This document shows, one piece after another, positions 9,001 through 17,689 of a stretch of 44,868 nt of DNA. The notes under the pieces are model-generated. The model had not been told where the DNA came from. It did not search any database and was given only the letters and a program-made list of their open reading frames with translations. Position 1 is the first letter of the stretch, and each line of letters begins with the position of its first letter. Source of the stretch: a virus; IMG/VR virus record IMGVR_UViG_3300045988_145891. One strand, 5' to 3'. Made by a program: the position numbers and the translations under genes.

Positions 9001-9446
9001 GCCATTATCTTGTTACCATTAGAACTATCCATTACCATACCAACATCTTTAAGATAAGTAAATAAGAAAGTAACATCAGCTATTACCTCATTTAAGTGTT
9101 GATTAAGAGTTATTACATCTATCTGTCCACTAGGACTGTATGGAGAAGAAGTTAAGTCAACTACTCTAGCTAATTGTATTGAGTAATACTCATCTAGTAT
9201 ATCTAGGTTAGTTATCTCTAATTGCTTATTTCCACCAACCTCATTAATTCTATAATCTCCCTTAGGCATTTCACTATAAGTTTCTAAGAAAGCTTCTTGA
9301 TTATATTTCCTATAAAACACTGTTACCTTAGTCATATCTATTGTATTAAGCTCATAAGTTGCTTGACCTTTAATAATTAAGAACTCCTTAATAGGTAACA
9401 TTATCTTACCATTTTTAAATCCTGCCATAATTCCTCCTTTATACAA
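6090..9446 (-). CDS. Tail fibre protein with coiled-coil shaft, tail-fibre repeat motifs and C-terminal SGNH/GDSL esterase domain, 1118 aa
   Basis: C-terminus carries GDS (KKIALTGDSICAGAGF), GxND (GGVNDGG) and DxxH (DGWHPN) SGNH blocks. Repeats DNSITTNKIADNAVTVRKI and DNSITQEKI. Long heptad coiled-coil at aa 170-235. Confidence 0.65.
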   Translation of the reverse strand: MYKGGIMAGFKNGKIMLPIKEFLIIKGQATYELNTIDMTKVTVFYRKYNQEAFLETYSEMPKGDYRINEVGGNKQLEITNLDILDEYYSIQLARVVDLTSSPYSPSGQIDVITLNQHLNEVIADVTFLFTYLKDVGMVMDSSNGNKIMAELKPYTTWYMDKDGNMAAMPVDSLFEKFNDLVQELRQEVLKLLEQDLEVAERELLEEVKRQLDEYVETDLKQRLDDYTTQLEERLQTMIDQAVADKGLMPEGSDWLEIGLGNWLVVDLFNKNYIHYPPQLNSSDNAGVVKKDITDGGNSQVIRYYTTTGKMLFVVRINEVWSEWQELGGQTDTMQFTQANHGFVFTAVTLDGATRKWVKANKYTSADGIAIKIDNDRFDVVTRGVVNIPTQARDDKGETFVYDEYYFLSQEVDGGLSRTKNEIGTFQYLAHISEIDGKQVAYIDIGDSYDLDYDVVDLDTAERIGLATKYDINELKESKLDKGNYNGTAEDLDNSKLNKIENGINDTDKNVVNAINKALGNSNTNMQEIEELKNKKISEQDIQDNSIPAYKFKTSSDSDKIKLINLSEEVINAMTGETPVSPTIEDNSITTNKIADNAVTVRKIEDIDIGNYFDKGSIENVDGGYLSSGEILTDEAYSYSHKIKVQPNDLIRNNLYGEPKGGSCYTSDDVFVADLVREGYEEESPGIKQTKGRYRVPNDKTISYVKVNYRTLRENEIVISINREFDNTYYEYNELIFGKKFVKSIEKQMIKDNSITQEKIKSYSLGSSTNIKYVNLFNKNDITPNVYVDGVGDIKDHTRYFLTNFIPIKSLDKIYMPQYGEAIGGYCYDDAGNKISTLKRISYEEPTTGTQIKGLYEVPHNNKISKVRLNGVLGRIDNHTCYLNYISDEYVPYGYKEIIPNVDLKDNIDVATNILYGKKIALTGDSICAGAGFLGGYGKIIADRNNMKYQNIAVGGGTITAEQYSSSGAKRFWICRSIQDLDTDADYVLLEGGVNDGGVKAPLGTITDGYDKSFDDTTYCGAFESMCKQTVERFAGKKIGFIIVHKMSVTYDESYYDISIEMLKKWGIPYVDLHSDCPPLNYIPSLRAKYTYQSDGWHPNEEGYKKYYVDKIESFLRRI

Positions 9447-9472
9447 AAATAGGTGGGTTTCCCCACCTTATT

Positions 9473-9706
9473 TTATGAACCTACTTTAGTCAAAGAAATA
9501 TTAAGTACTAAAGGTCCAGCATCAAGTCCAGAGAACTCTGGTATATCTCCTTTGAATACTATCTTAGTTCCATCATCTTTTTCTACTGTTGCATATAATT
9601 GCTCTCCACTCTCTGCTCCAGGATTTATATCCATAGTTACCATATAAGCACCAGTTGGTAGTTTAACAGGCATATTAAGATTTTGGACTTCTCTATATTT
9701 TCCCAT
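9473..9706 (-). CDS. Hypothetical small virion/head-associated protein, 77 aa
   Basis: ORF with RBS directly downstream of the major capsid gene. Confidence 0.35.
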   Translation of the reverse strand: MGKYREVQNLNMPVKLPTGAYMVTMDINPGAESGEQLYATVEKDDGTKIVFKGDIPEFSGLDAGPLVLNISLTKVGS

Positions 9707-9811
9707 ATTATTACCTCCTATTTAGTTTTAGATTTAGCTTTAGGTTTTAAATCAACCATATCATCAAAGTTCATTGTTGATGAGAATAAACCGACTGTTG
9801 CTGCTGCTGTG

Positions 9812-10822
9812 TCAGGCACTAGCCTTTGTATTAACAGGGTTTCCAGATTCTCCTAAGAATACTTCTTCATAAGCTAATGTAGTTTCTGGTTTAGCACTGA
9901 ATTTCCATAGTCCTAATGGATTGATAACTCTAGCACCAACAGATTTAGAAACAACCATAGCGAATGTATCTTCATTTAGTAAGTCCTCTTTAGAAGAACT
10001 TCTTACACTACCTTCCCAAGAAACAACCTTGATGTTATCTAGTGTGCATATCCACATAGTTCCTGGTTTAACATAGTAGTTTCTTCCACTACCTTCTCCA
10101 TAGTTTCTATCTAAGTCTTCTACTTCCTCAATAGCAACTCCACAAACAGTAGTAAATGTCATACCATTTATACCAGTCATATGCTGGTAATCTTTGTCAG
10201 CAAATATTGCTTCTCCTCCAGCTAATAACTCAATCTTAGACCAATCTAAGTGATGAATAACACACCAAGCTCCATAATCTCCTTTAACTTTCTTACCTTT
10301 AAATCTTCCTCTAGCATATACTAAAGCAGCTTTAAACATTCTTAAGTTTTTAGGGTGGTATAAAGGTAAAGAAACATCTCCAACTTTATTAATAGCTGGT
10401 AATAATGGCTCTGCATCTTCCATAGCCTTAACAATCTCAATGTCCTCTCCTATCTCTAATGCTTCTACTAGAGTAGTCATGAACCAAGTTTTCTCATTTA
10501 TTCCACCATTAGCCATTAAAGACTGTCTTTGCTCATAGTTAAGAGTTTCATGTCCATATAGTGGGTGTGGAGAAATCTCGAATGTTCTAGTTCCGCCAGC
10601 AGTACCTTTTGGTTTTGGAGAAGCATATAAATTAGGAGCTTCCCTCTCATAGTTACCTGGTGTTCCGAATGTAATTACTTTAGACTCGCCTTGAATTACC
10701 TCGAAGTCACAATGTTGTCTAAATCTTCCACCTACACTAGCTTGTAGCATAGGTTTAATAGTTCTGTCAAAATCTTTTTCGAGCTGAGTACCAGACTCTA
10801 CCCATTGTCCTTTGTTAGCCAT
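9812..10822 (-). CDS. Major capsid protein (putative), 336 aa
   Basis: Position downstream of the scaffold gene in terL-portal-scaffold-capsid synteny. Size similar to T7 gp10A. Confidence 0.5.
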   Translation of the reverse strand: MANKGQWVESGTQLEKDFDRTIKPMLQASVGGRFRQHCDFEVIQGESKVITFGTPGNYEREAPNLYASPKPKGTAGGTRTFEISPHPLYGHETLNYEQRQSLMANGGINEKTWFMTTLVEALEIGEDIEIVKAMEDAEPLLPAINKVGDVSLPLYHPKNLRMFKAALVYARGRFKGKKVKGDYGAWCVIHHLDWSKIELLAGGEAIFADKDYQHMTGINGMTFTTVCGVAIEEVEDLDRNYGEGSGRNYYVKPGTMWICTLDNIKVVSWEGSVRSSSKEDLLNEDTFAMVVSKSVGARVINPLGLWKFSAKPETTLAYEEVFLGESGNPVNTKASA

Positions 10823-10833
10823 ATCTAACCTCC

Positions 10834-11658
10834 TTAATAATTAAAATAGTTATCAAATCTCTGAATATCAGATGATTTAACCTTTTGTCTAATTTCACTT
10901 CTAATAGCTTGCTTTTCTTGAGGAGTAATATTTTTATTCTCTCTCAACTTAGCAGCTATCTTAGCATTAACCTCATTAACTGCATCTTCAAAAGAAGTAG
11001 TAGCAGTATCTTTCTTAACCATAGCAGCATTATTTTTAGGCTCTGGATTCTTATTATTTCCAGTGTAGTATTTTCTCATCTCATTTACTATCTTTATCAT
11101 AGCTGGGTTACTCATAACATCTCTATTAATAAGTGCCATAGCTTGTGGGTCATTATTGAATATAGTCTTAAACATATTGCCAATAGCTTTATATTGAGCT
11201 TGTTCTTCCTTAGTTAAGTTCTTTCTTAAGTTCTCTTGTATTTCCTTAGCAGTAGGTTGCTTACTCATTTCAGCTTGTTTCTCTTGAACTTTAAGTAAGA
11301 AGTTACTAATCATTTCTGGGTCTGTCATTCCACATTCCTCAAGTAAAGATACATTAGCTTTAAATTGAGGTGCTTCTATGTCTATCCCTTTTTCTTTTAG
11401 AGTTTCGTAAGGTGTTAAGTCAACTTCCTTTTCTGGCTCTGTGAAATCCATATCATCTGGATTGAAAGGTTTATCCTCTTCTTTTACTTCTTCCTTTTCT
11501 TCTTGCTCTGGAGTATCTACTGCTGGTGGTTGAGGTGTATCAACTGGTAGAGTATCTACTTCTTGAGTTGGTGGAGTATCTGGAGTTTGTACATCAACAG
11601 GTGGTTGAGGTGTATCTCCTTCAGCAAACAGTTGGATATTCAACTTAAACTTTCTCAT
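10834..11658 (-). CDS. Scaffolding protein (acidic, N-terminal KLNIQLFAEG motif), 274 aa
   Basis: N-terminus MRKFKLNIQLFAEGD resembles the LNLQFFA prohead-protease cleavage motif of 80alpha-type scaffold and capsid precursors. Pro/Glu/Asp-rich with helical repeats. Confidence 0.55.
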   Translation of the reverse strand: MRKFKLNIQLFAEGDTPQPPVDVQTPDTPPTQEVDTLPVDTPQPPAVDTPEQEEKEEVKEEDKPFNPDDMDFTEPEKEVDLTPYETLKEKGIDIEAPQFKANVSLLEECGMTDPEMISNFLLKVQEKQAEMSKQPTAKEIQENLRKNLTKEEQAQYKAIGNMFKTIFNNDPQAMALINRDVMSNPAMIKIVNEMRKYYTGNNKNPEPKNNAAMVKKDTATTSFEDAVNEVNAKIAAKLRENKNITPQEKQAIRSEIRQKVKSSDIQRFDNYFNY

Positions 11659-11974
11659 TTTTATCCTCCTTTTCTATTTTCTTTGTGTTGAGTTCGTGTA
11701 TTATTCTAGCTTTTCTAGTTAGTTCCAAATCATACTTAAGTTTCATTAGACTATCTCTTTTGCTTGGATATTGTCCATTTTCAACATAATACATTTCCTC
11801 TCCTTCTTTTATATCCATAATACAATAATTTATTAGATTTTGCAACTCTTTATTATCACAAAACATTTGCAATAGTTTTTTGTATTCTTTATTTACTGAT
11901 AAAACTGTATTTAAGTTCTCATCATAATATCCTTCATTTTCTTTTTTTATTTCTTCAAGCAACTTATTGTCCAT
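11645..11974 (-). CDS. Hypothetical protein, 109 aa
   Basis: ORF between portal and scaffold. Confidence 0.35.
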   Translation of the reverse strand: MDNKLLEEIKKENEGYYDENLNTVLSVNKEYKKLLQMFCDNKELQNLINYCIMDIKEGEEMYYVENGQYPSKRDSLMKLKYDLELTRKARIIHELNTKKIEKEDKNEKV

Positions 11975-13508
11975 TAGTTCCTCCTAACATTTGTTGAGCT
12001 TGTAAACTACTAGCAACTGCACTTTGCTTACTTGCTTCTCTCTCTTGATTAGTTAGCAATAATTCAGTATCTATTCTTAACTTGTCAGCCATATACTCAA
12101 TAGTCTTATCAGTGTTGAATATAAAGAAAGCATCTTGAGGGAAAATACCTTGTGATATTTGCACCATATTAACTATACCTTCTATCTTTTGCATATCAAC
12201 ACTCTTAGTAAGTGCATTGATAAATCTTGCCTTAAAGTATTTGTTATCATCTATCTTTTCTAGTAAATCCTTAGCAAGTAGTATTGCTCTAGGTTTATAG
12301 AAAGTAGGAATTAATACTTCTTTGAATAAGTTAGTTACTGCATCGTCAAATTTTTGTTGTAATAAATTCATTCTATATTGTATCTCATCAGTTGCCCTTG
12401 TAGTCTTGTTTTCAGCACTTCCAAAAGGGTTATTGAAGTGTAGTGCTTGTATAGTTGCTGTAAGTCTATCAATGTCCTTTTCAGTAGGTAATAGAGTACC
12501 TGTGGTATTGATAGGAGTTACTCCAGCCTTAACACTTAGTCCATCTCCTCCCCAGTTTAAACCATTAGGTGTTAAATCAAAAGCTTCTACTAATCTCTTA
12601 TCTCCATATAATAATAATGGTGGGTCAACTATTCTTAATGCTTGTCTAGCTCTTAAATTTTCATAGAATACTAATCTTTGGTAACAATCTAAAGCAACTG
12701 CACCTATTCCCATTCCCCAGCTAGATTGAGGTACAACACTAAATCTAAATACTGTGAAAGGGTTATAGTCATATATTCTCTCATCATATACTTCTGCTAT
12801 ACTATCATCAAATAATAACCACTCAAATTTTTGAACTCCATTCTCATTAAAAGGTACAACACATTCAGTAAAAGTAAATTTATTGTCTTCTTCTAAACTT
12901 CCAATATTAGCTCCAGGAAATATCTGAACTATTTCACTAGACTTTTTATTATAAACTTTTCTAAAGACTATATTAGGTTCTCCTCTATAATCTTCCATAA
13001 ACAATAACTCATTGATAGGAATATATTTAAAGTTAAAAGGGTCTGCATCAGAACTTAATTCATTTATTCTATAACAAGCTGTTCCAAGCTCCCCCCAGTC
13101 ATAAATACCTCTACCAATCTCTTGTTTGTAGTTAGTATTTCTTAAATACTCAAAAGTATCTTTTGTTTGAGATTCTAAAGTTTTTCTCAATTTCTTGACT
13201 GTTTCCTCTAATGCTTCTCCTGTAAATTTTCTATTCTGCCTAACTAGAGGAATAATAACATCACTCTCTGCCCAATCAGTTTCAACACCAAATAGTGCAT
13301 AAATAACAAAATTTTTAAAAGAATTACAAGCATCTCTTATCTCTGAATTTATGGTCCTATTGATAAAATCCTCTGGTAGTGCTATTGTATCAGCGTGTCC
13401 AAAAGGTAAGGTGTATTCCATTATCTGATTATATTGTGGAATGATAGCTTGTTTTTCAGCAACACAAGCCTTATAAAGTTCTTGATAATGTTCTAAATTA
13501 TTAAGCAC
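11964..13508 (-). CDS. Portal protein (putative), 514 aa
   Basis: Size and position between the terL region and the scaffold/capsid genes. Confidence 0.5.
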   Translation of the reverse strand: MLNNLEHYQELYKACVAEKQAIIPQYNQIMEYTLPFGHADTIALPEDFINRTINSEIRDACNSFKNFVIYALFGVETDWAESDVIIPLVRQNRKFTGEALEETVKKLRKTLESQTKDTFEYLRNTNYKQEIGRGIYDWGELGTACYRINELSSDADPFNFKYIPINELLFMEDYRGEPNIVFRKVYNKKSSEIVQIFPGANIGSLEEDNKFTFTECVVPFNENGVQKFEWLLFDDSIAEVYDERIYDYNPFTVFRFSVVPQSSWGMGIGAVALDCYQRLVFYENLRARQALRIVDPPLLLYGDKRLVEAFDLTPNGLNWGGDGLSVKAGVTPINTTGTLLPTEKDIDRLTATIQALHFNNPFGSAENKTTRATDEIQYRMNLLQQKFDDAVTNLFKEVLIPTFYKPRAILLAKDLLEKIDDNKYFKARFINALTKSVDMQKIEGIVNMVQISQGIFPQDAFFIFNTDKTIEYMADKLRIDTELLLTNQEREASKQSAVASSLQAQQMLGGTNGQ

Positions 13509-13519
13509 AATAACACCTC

Positions 13520-13837
13520 CTATTTCTTAGAGTATCTACCTAAGAACTTATCCCACTCATCTTCTTGCTTAGTAAGAGTATTGAATATACTAGTGATATC
13601 TCCAAGTCCTGTATCAGTAGTATCTCCTGTTCCTATTTGAGTAGGACTATTTTCTGGCGTGGTAGGTGTAGATAAGCTAGGGTCAGCTTTCTCAACATCA
13701 ACATTCATTTCTGGCATTTTATTCATTCCTGTGATATTAGTTCCTAACACTCCATCAACCAATCCACCAGCAACATTACCAACACTTTCTACCAGTTTAC
13801 CTGGTATTTTTGAAATTTCTTTGATAGGATTTCCCAT
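13520..13837 (-). CDS. Hypothetical protein, 105 aa (Gly/Thr/Pro-rich)
   Basis: ORF between moron and portal. Confidence 0.35.
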   Translation of the reverse strand: MGNPIKEISKIPGKLVESVGNVAGGLVDGVLGTNITGMNKMPEMNVDVEKADPSLSTPTTPENSPTQIGTGDTTDTGLGDITSIFNTLTKQEDEWDKFLGRYSKK

Positions 13838-13849
13838 AGTAATACCTCC

Positions 13850-14593
13850 TTATAATATATTGTTTGATAATATCATATAATTTATATTATCTTTTGTAAA
13901 TTCTTTTTTATTTTTATATCTCTTAGACAATCTTTTTAGCCAAGTTCCTGTACCTTTTAAGGTCCAACAAAAACCAATACAACCATAAGTGCTGTGAATA
14001 TATTCTAGTAACTCATTACCATCACTAAAAAAGTTCTTAGGACTACCAAAATTGATATAACTAAGAAAAGGAATTGTACCAATAACATTAAGGCACATAA
14101 AAAATCCATCATAGAAAAACACTCTATCATTCTGATAATTATTCAAAAAATGAGGATATTTAATTAAATCAACTTCTGGCATCTTATCACTAGGTATTTC
14201 AGTAAATTTACCAAAATGTCTGTTTTTTAATAAATTATTTATTAGTAATCTACTAAGTTCTTTCTTAATATCATAATCATCACTAATAATAATAACTAGG
14301 TCCACTTGAGGAATATCAGTTATATTGTTTCTATAAAGATAATTACTATGAAAAATATTTTTATAAGTTAAATGGTTACGACTTGTTTTATATTTTTTAG
14401 CAACATTCTCAATCTCCATATAACTACTTATTTTCTCAACTATTGCTTTTTTACAAAAAAGTCTAATAATATTATTTATAAAATTAAGTTTTTTTAGGTT
14501 AGGTTTTAACTCTCCTTGATATAAACTATCACTTGATTTTATATTTTTTTCAACTAACATATCTAAATCAATAACTAATTTATTATCAATCAT
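13850..14593 (-). CDS. Hypothetical Asn/Ile/Lys-rich protein, 247 aa; moron-like insertion between terL and portal; DxD-like motif VDLVIIISDDYD
   Basis: Visibly more AT-rich than the flanking terL and portal genes. Breaks the usual terL-portal adjacency. Confidence 0.4.
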   Translation of the reverse strand: MIDNKLVIDLDMLVEKNIKSSDSLYQGELKPNLKKLNFINNIIRLFCKKAIVEKISSYMEIENVAKKYKTSRNHLTYKNIFHSNYLYRNNITDIPQVDLVIIISDDYDIKKELSRLLINNLLKNRHFGKFTEIPSDKMPEVDLIKYPHFLNNYQNDRVFFYDGFFMCLNVIGTIPFLSYINFGSPKNFFSDGNELLEYIHSTYGCIGFCWTLKGTGTWLKRLSKRYKNKKEFTKDNINYMILSNNIL

Positions 14594-16092
14594 CAGAAAT
14601 TCCCCCTAAAGTTACTAAAACTATTTCCTTTTAATTTACTTGTCATCATCTCTGAAATAAGATTATCTACTGCCCTTCCTCTAAATCCAGGAATATTAAC
14701 ATTAGTTATTCTAGCAACATCGGACTTCATTATCTTATCTCTTACGTTTTTATCATATCCTTCCTCAAACATTTCGCCAAATATGAAAGCAACTAGGTAC
14801 TTAAGACTATCAATAACGTGGTCTTCATAAATACCACTTCTCTTGTCAACTTCCATAGTAGGTTTACCTGTTATTTTATTTTCCTTGTAATTAACACTCG
14901 CTAATTCCTTGATAATAGCATCTCCTAACTCCCCAGCAATAATACCAAGTCTACTAGTTTCTAACACTCTTCTAGTTATTTGTAATAGTCTAATATTATC
15001 AGTTCTCTGAATGATATTAACTCTCCAATTGTATGGCACGTGTTTTTCTATCTCTTTTTTCCTATTCAACTTACCAGAATATCCTTGAATATCGTGAGCA
15101 GCATCAAAAGGTAATATGATATTAACCTTATGAGTTGAGTACTTATTCACTTGATTATGTATTTCCTCAATAAATTCTGATAAATTAGTCTGATTCTTAA
15201 TCATTCTATTAACAATAACAGGAAAGTCCATTTTCTCATCTCTATAACAAGTGTACATAACAGTATAGTCTGACTGTCCTAAGTCAAAACTAAAATATAA
15301 CTCTCTATGTTGCCCTAATGTAAAGTCACTAACAGGTATTCTTCTAGCCTTAAGTAAACTCTCTCCAAGTACTGAAAATGAGTTCATAACAGCAGTACTA
15401 CACATATACTCTTGCTCAAAACTAGATGAGTCAAATTCAGCTCTTAACATTGTTAGCTTATCATCTGGATATACTCTACTACCATCAGCATTATGTAATA
15501 TATTAGCAGGTACTCTTACTTTGATGTATCTTTGAGATTCTGGCAAGTTACCATCTATCAGCTCGTTAAAGTCTGATGAATAGAATGGTGTACTAATCTC
15601 AAGTATTCTACCATTTGCCCTGTTTACGTTACCTTTTAAGTACTTCCAAGACTCTCTAGGAATACGAGAACTTTCAGTAATAATAAGTGCATCAACTGAT
15701 GTTCCTAATTCACTGTTTTGGTCGCTACCAGCAATATATAATATACTACCATTCTTATACTTAAAACAACTCATCTCTCTGTGGAAATAATCTCCAGCAA
15801 GAGTAGGTTTTAGTAAATCAGTATCAATAATACCCATAAACATTGGTTTACCTGTCTTATCATCATTAGCAGTAAGTATCTTCTTAACTGCCTTAAGACT
15901 AACACCTAAATAGACAATGTTACTACCAGGTTTACATACTGCCAATGTATTAGCACACATAACACCTGTGAAGTCCTTACCAGCTCCTCTAGCAGCAGTA
16001 AGAGCTATCCTTGCTTCTGGTAATAAGAACTGTTGCATAACATATTGTTGGAAATCTCTAAGTAAAAATCTTGGTAATAGTTTCTTACTCAT
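14593..16092 (-). CDS. terL: Terminase large subunit (putative), 499 aa
   Basis: Walker-A-like LTAARGAGKD near the N-terminus. Asp-rich C-terminal nuclease-like region (ILPFDAAHD). Translationally coupled (ATGA) to the upstream small gene. Lies upstream of the portal. Confidence 0.55.
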   Translation of the reverse strand: MSKKLLPRFLLRDFQQYVMQQFLLPEARIALTAARGAGKDFTGVMCANTLAVCKPGSNIVYLGVSLKAVKKILTANDDKTGKPMFMGIIDTDLLKPTLAGDYFHREMSCFKYKNGSILYIAGSDQNSELGTSVDALIITESSRIPRESWKYLKGNVNRANGRILEISTPFYSSDFNELIDGNLPESQRYIKVRVPANILHNADGSRVYPDDKLTMLRAEFDSSSFEQEYMCSTAVMNSFSVLGESLLKARRIPVSDFTLGQHRELYFSFDLGQSDYTVMYTCYRDEKMDFPVIVNRMIKNQTNLSEFIEEIHNQVNKYSTHKVNIILPFDAAHDIQGYSGKLNRKKEIEKHVPYNWRVNIIQRTDNIRLLQITRRVLETSRLGIIAGELGDAIIKELASVNYKENKITGKPTMEVDKRSGIYEDHVIDSLKYLVAFIFGEMFEEGYDKNVRDKIMKSDVARITNVNIPGFRGRAVDNLISEMMTSKLKGNSFSNFRGNF

Positions 16093-16316
16093 CTCTTAGT
16101 CATCTCCTCTATTATCTCATTTATCGTCTTATGTCCTTTCCTACTTTCCAAATACTCATCCCATACCTCTGGGTACTTAGTAGTTAGGAAATATACCAAG
16201 CTAGTATCAGTAATTAAATTAACATAACACTCATACTCATTATTACTTTTCTTTTTCTCAAGAAGTTTTTTCATCTTCTCCCTATACTCTGGAGTATCTG
16301 TTATAAATCCCATCAT
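16089..16316 (-). CDS. Hypothetical protein, 75 aa
   Basis: ORF overlapping the terL start (ATGA). Confidence 0.35.
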   Translation of the reverse strand: MMGFITDTPEYREKMKKLLEKKKSNNEYECYVNLITDTSLVYFLTTKYPEVWDEYLESRKGHKTINEIIEEMTKR

Positions 16317-16768
16317 AACTCCTCCCCGTACTTAATCATACCCATAGCAATACTATGTTCTGCCATCTTCTCTTGTACATGTTGTGACTTAGCTTTTATT
16401 CTCAACTCTCTCTCTCTTTGTAATAATTCTATTCTAGTCTTGTAATCAGCAATAAATCCTGTCATATTACCATCTGTCTTACTTAATTCAGTGAAGTTCT
16501 TAATCAACTTATTGTATATGTCAAGCTCTCTATTAGCTTCCTCTGAACTTATCTTACCCTTATTGATATTGTCATATACCTTAAACAACTTACCTCTTAT
16601 TTCCTTGATAGTAGCCTTATACTGTTTCTGCACTTCCTCAACACTATCCTCACTCATAACATTTATAGCAAGTTCTCTTACTGCTAATTCAATAACTTCC
16701 TCACAGCTTATCTTAAGTTTCTCACTTAACATCTCAACTGTATCTAAGTCAATGTTTGTTAAATTCAT
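16313..16768 (-). CDS. Putative terminase small subunit / DNA-binding protein, 151 aa (first gene of the late operon)
   Basis: Position and possible N-terminal HTH (DTVEMLSEKLKISCEEVIELAVRELA). RBS AAAGGAG. Confidence 0.3.
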   Translation of the reverse strand: MNLTNIDLDTVEMLSEKLKISCEEVIELAVRELAINVMSEDSVEEVQKQYKATIKEIRGKLFKVYDNINKGKISSEEANRELDIYNKLIKNFTELSKTDGNMTGFIADYKTRIELLQRERELRIKAKSQHVQEKMAEHSIAMGMIKYGEEL

Positions 16769-16789
16769 TTTATCAACTCCTTTCTTTCG

Positions 16790-16830
16790 ATTATATCATA
16801 TCACTTATTTTATTAAAAGTTTACATTTTT
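16790..16830 (-). promoter_or_regulatory. Late-operon promoter with extended -10 (AATAAGTGATATGATATAAT on the minus strand)
   Basis: TGnTATGAT / TATAAT about 25 nt upstream of the terS-like RBS. Shares the TAAGTGATAT motif with other promoters in this genome. Confidence 0.5.
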
Positions 16831-17289
16831 TAAATTTTTAGGGTAAAATGACTAGTTTTAAAAGTATCTACTCGGGAATTTTTGACACTTTATTTGAAAA
16901 AATATAGGTTTTTTGAAATTTTGTAAACTTTGAGTTGAGATTTTGGAAATTAGGTTATAGTTGGGGTATGCATAGTCGCCAACGTAGGATTTTCGAGGGT
17001 GGGGGGGTAGTCTGTAATAGATTCAGGAATAAGAGTTAAAACCTCTGGAAAAAATAAATGTTATTCTAAATAATTATTATTAAATACAACAAAATAACCA
17101 TACCGCATATAATAAGTATTATCTTTGGTTTAGTTATTCAAGTAATTATTATCGACAATAATTATTACAGTAGGAGCTTGTAATCGCATGATTATGGGAG
17201 TTTGTGAGATATAAGAGGTATAATGGTATGTGTGAAATATAAATGAATATGTTCTCAATCATAATAAATATCATTCTCTTTCATATAGT

Positions 17290-17445
17290 AATTGTAATAA
17301 TCTACTTTGATATTTATATCTAACTTAATACTGCTAACTATCTTCTGCTATCTACCTACTATTATATCTAACTACTTAACTACTATCTACATATATTGTA
17401 TTACTTACTACTATACTACTATTACTTAGGAGAGCATACAATGTA
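17290..17445. repeat. G-depleted, CTA/TAC-rich low-complexity tract with short direct repeats (tatatctaact x2, ctgcta x2, ctactat xN) inside the ~920-bp non-coding region
   Basis: Almost no G on the plus strand for ~150 nt. Repeated 7-11-mers. Confidence 0.5.
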
Positions 17446-17586
17446 AATCTTATTGCTGCCGCACATTAGTGGAAACAACTATCATTTACAACTTACACCA
17501 GCTTTAAAAAGTATGGAGCTTTTCTTATATAGTGTACTGCCAAATATAAATATTACCAGTTTTTACAAAAAAGTATAAAATTAGTA

Positions 17587-17616
17587 TTGACAAAAAAAGA
17601 TGTTATGTAATATACT
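17587..17616 (+). promoter_or_regulatory. Sigma70-like promoter (TTGACA-N18-TATACT) for the 17690-20081 operon
   Basis: Consensus -35 and near-consensus -10 about 70 nt upstream of the first gene. Confidence 0.45.
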
Positions 17617-17689
17617 TATATCAACAAGAGAGATACAGGAATAGTATTATTACTATTTCAGTACAGATTTATAGGAGAGTGATTTAAAA

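Noticed and set aside
9707-9811. 18-codon ORF (MNFDDMVDLKPKAKSKTK) between the capsid and the 77-aa gene
   Set aside because: No RBS and a very short, low-complexity product, so it is probably intergenic spacer.
16940-17015. GC-rich patch ggttatagttggggtatgcatagtcgccaacgtaggattttcgagggtgggggggtag as a tRNA
   Set aside because: No cloverleaf can be drawn: there is no GTTCRANYC T-loop or CCA-proximal acceptor pairing. Retained only as part of the candidate pac/ori region.
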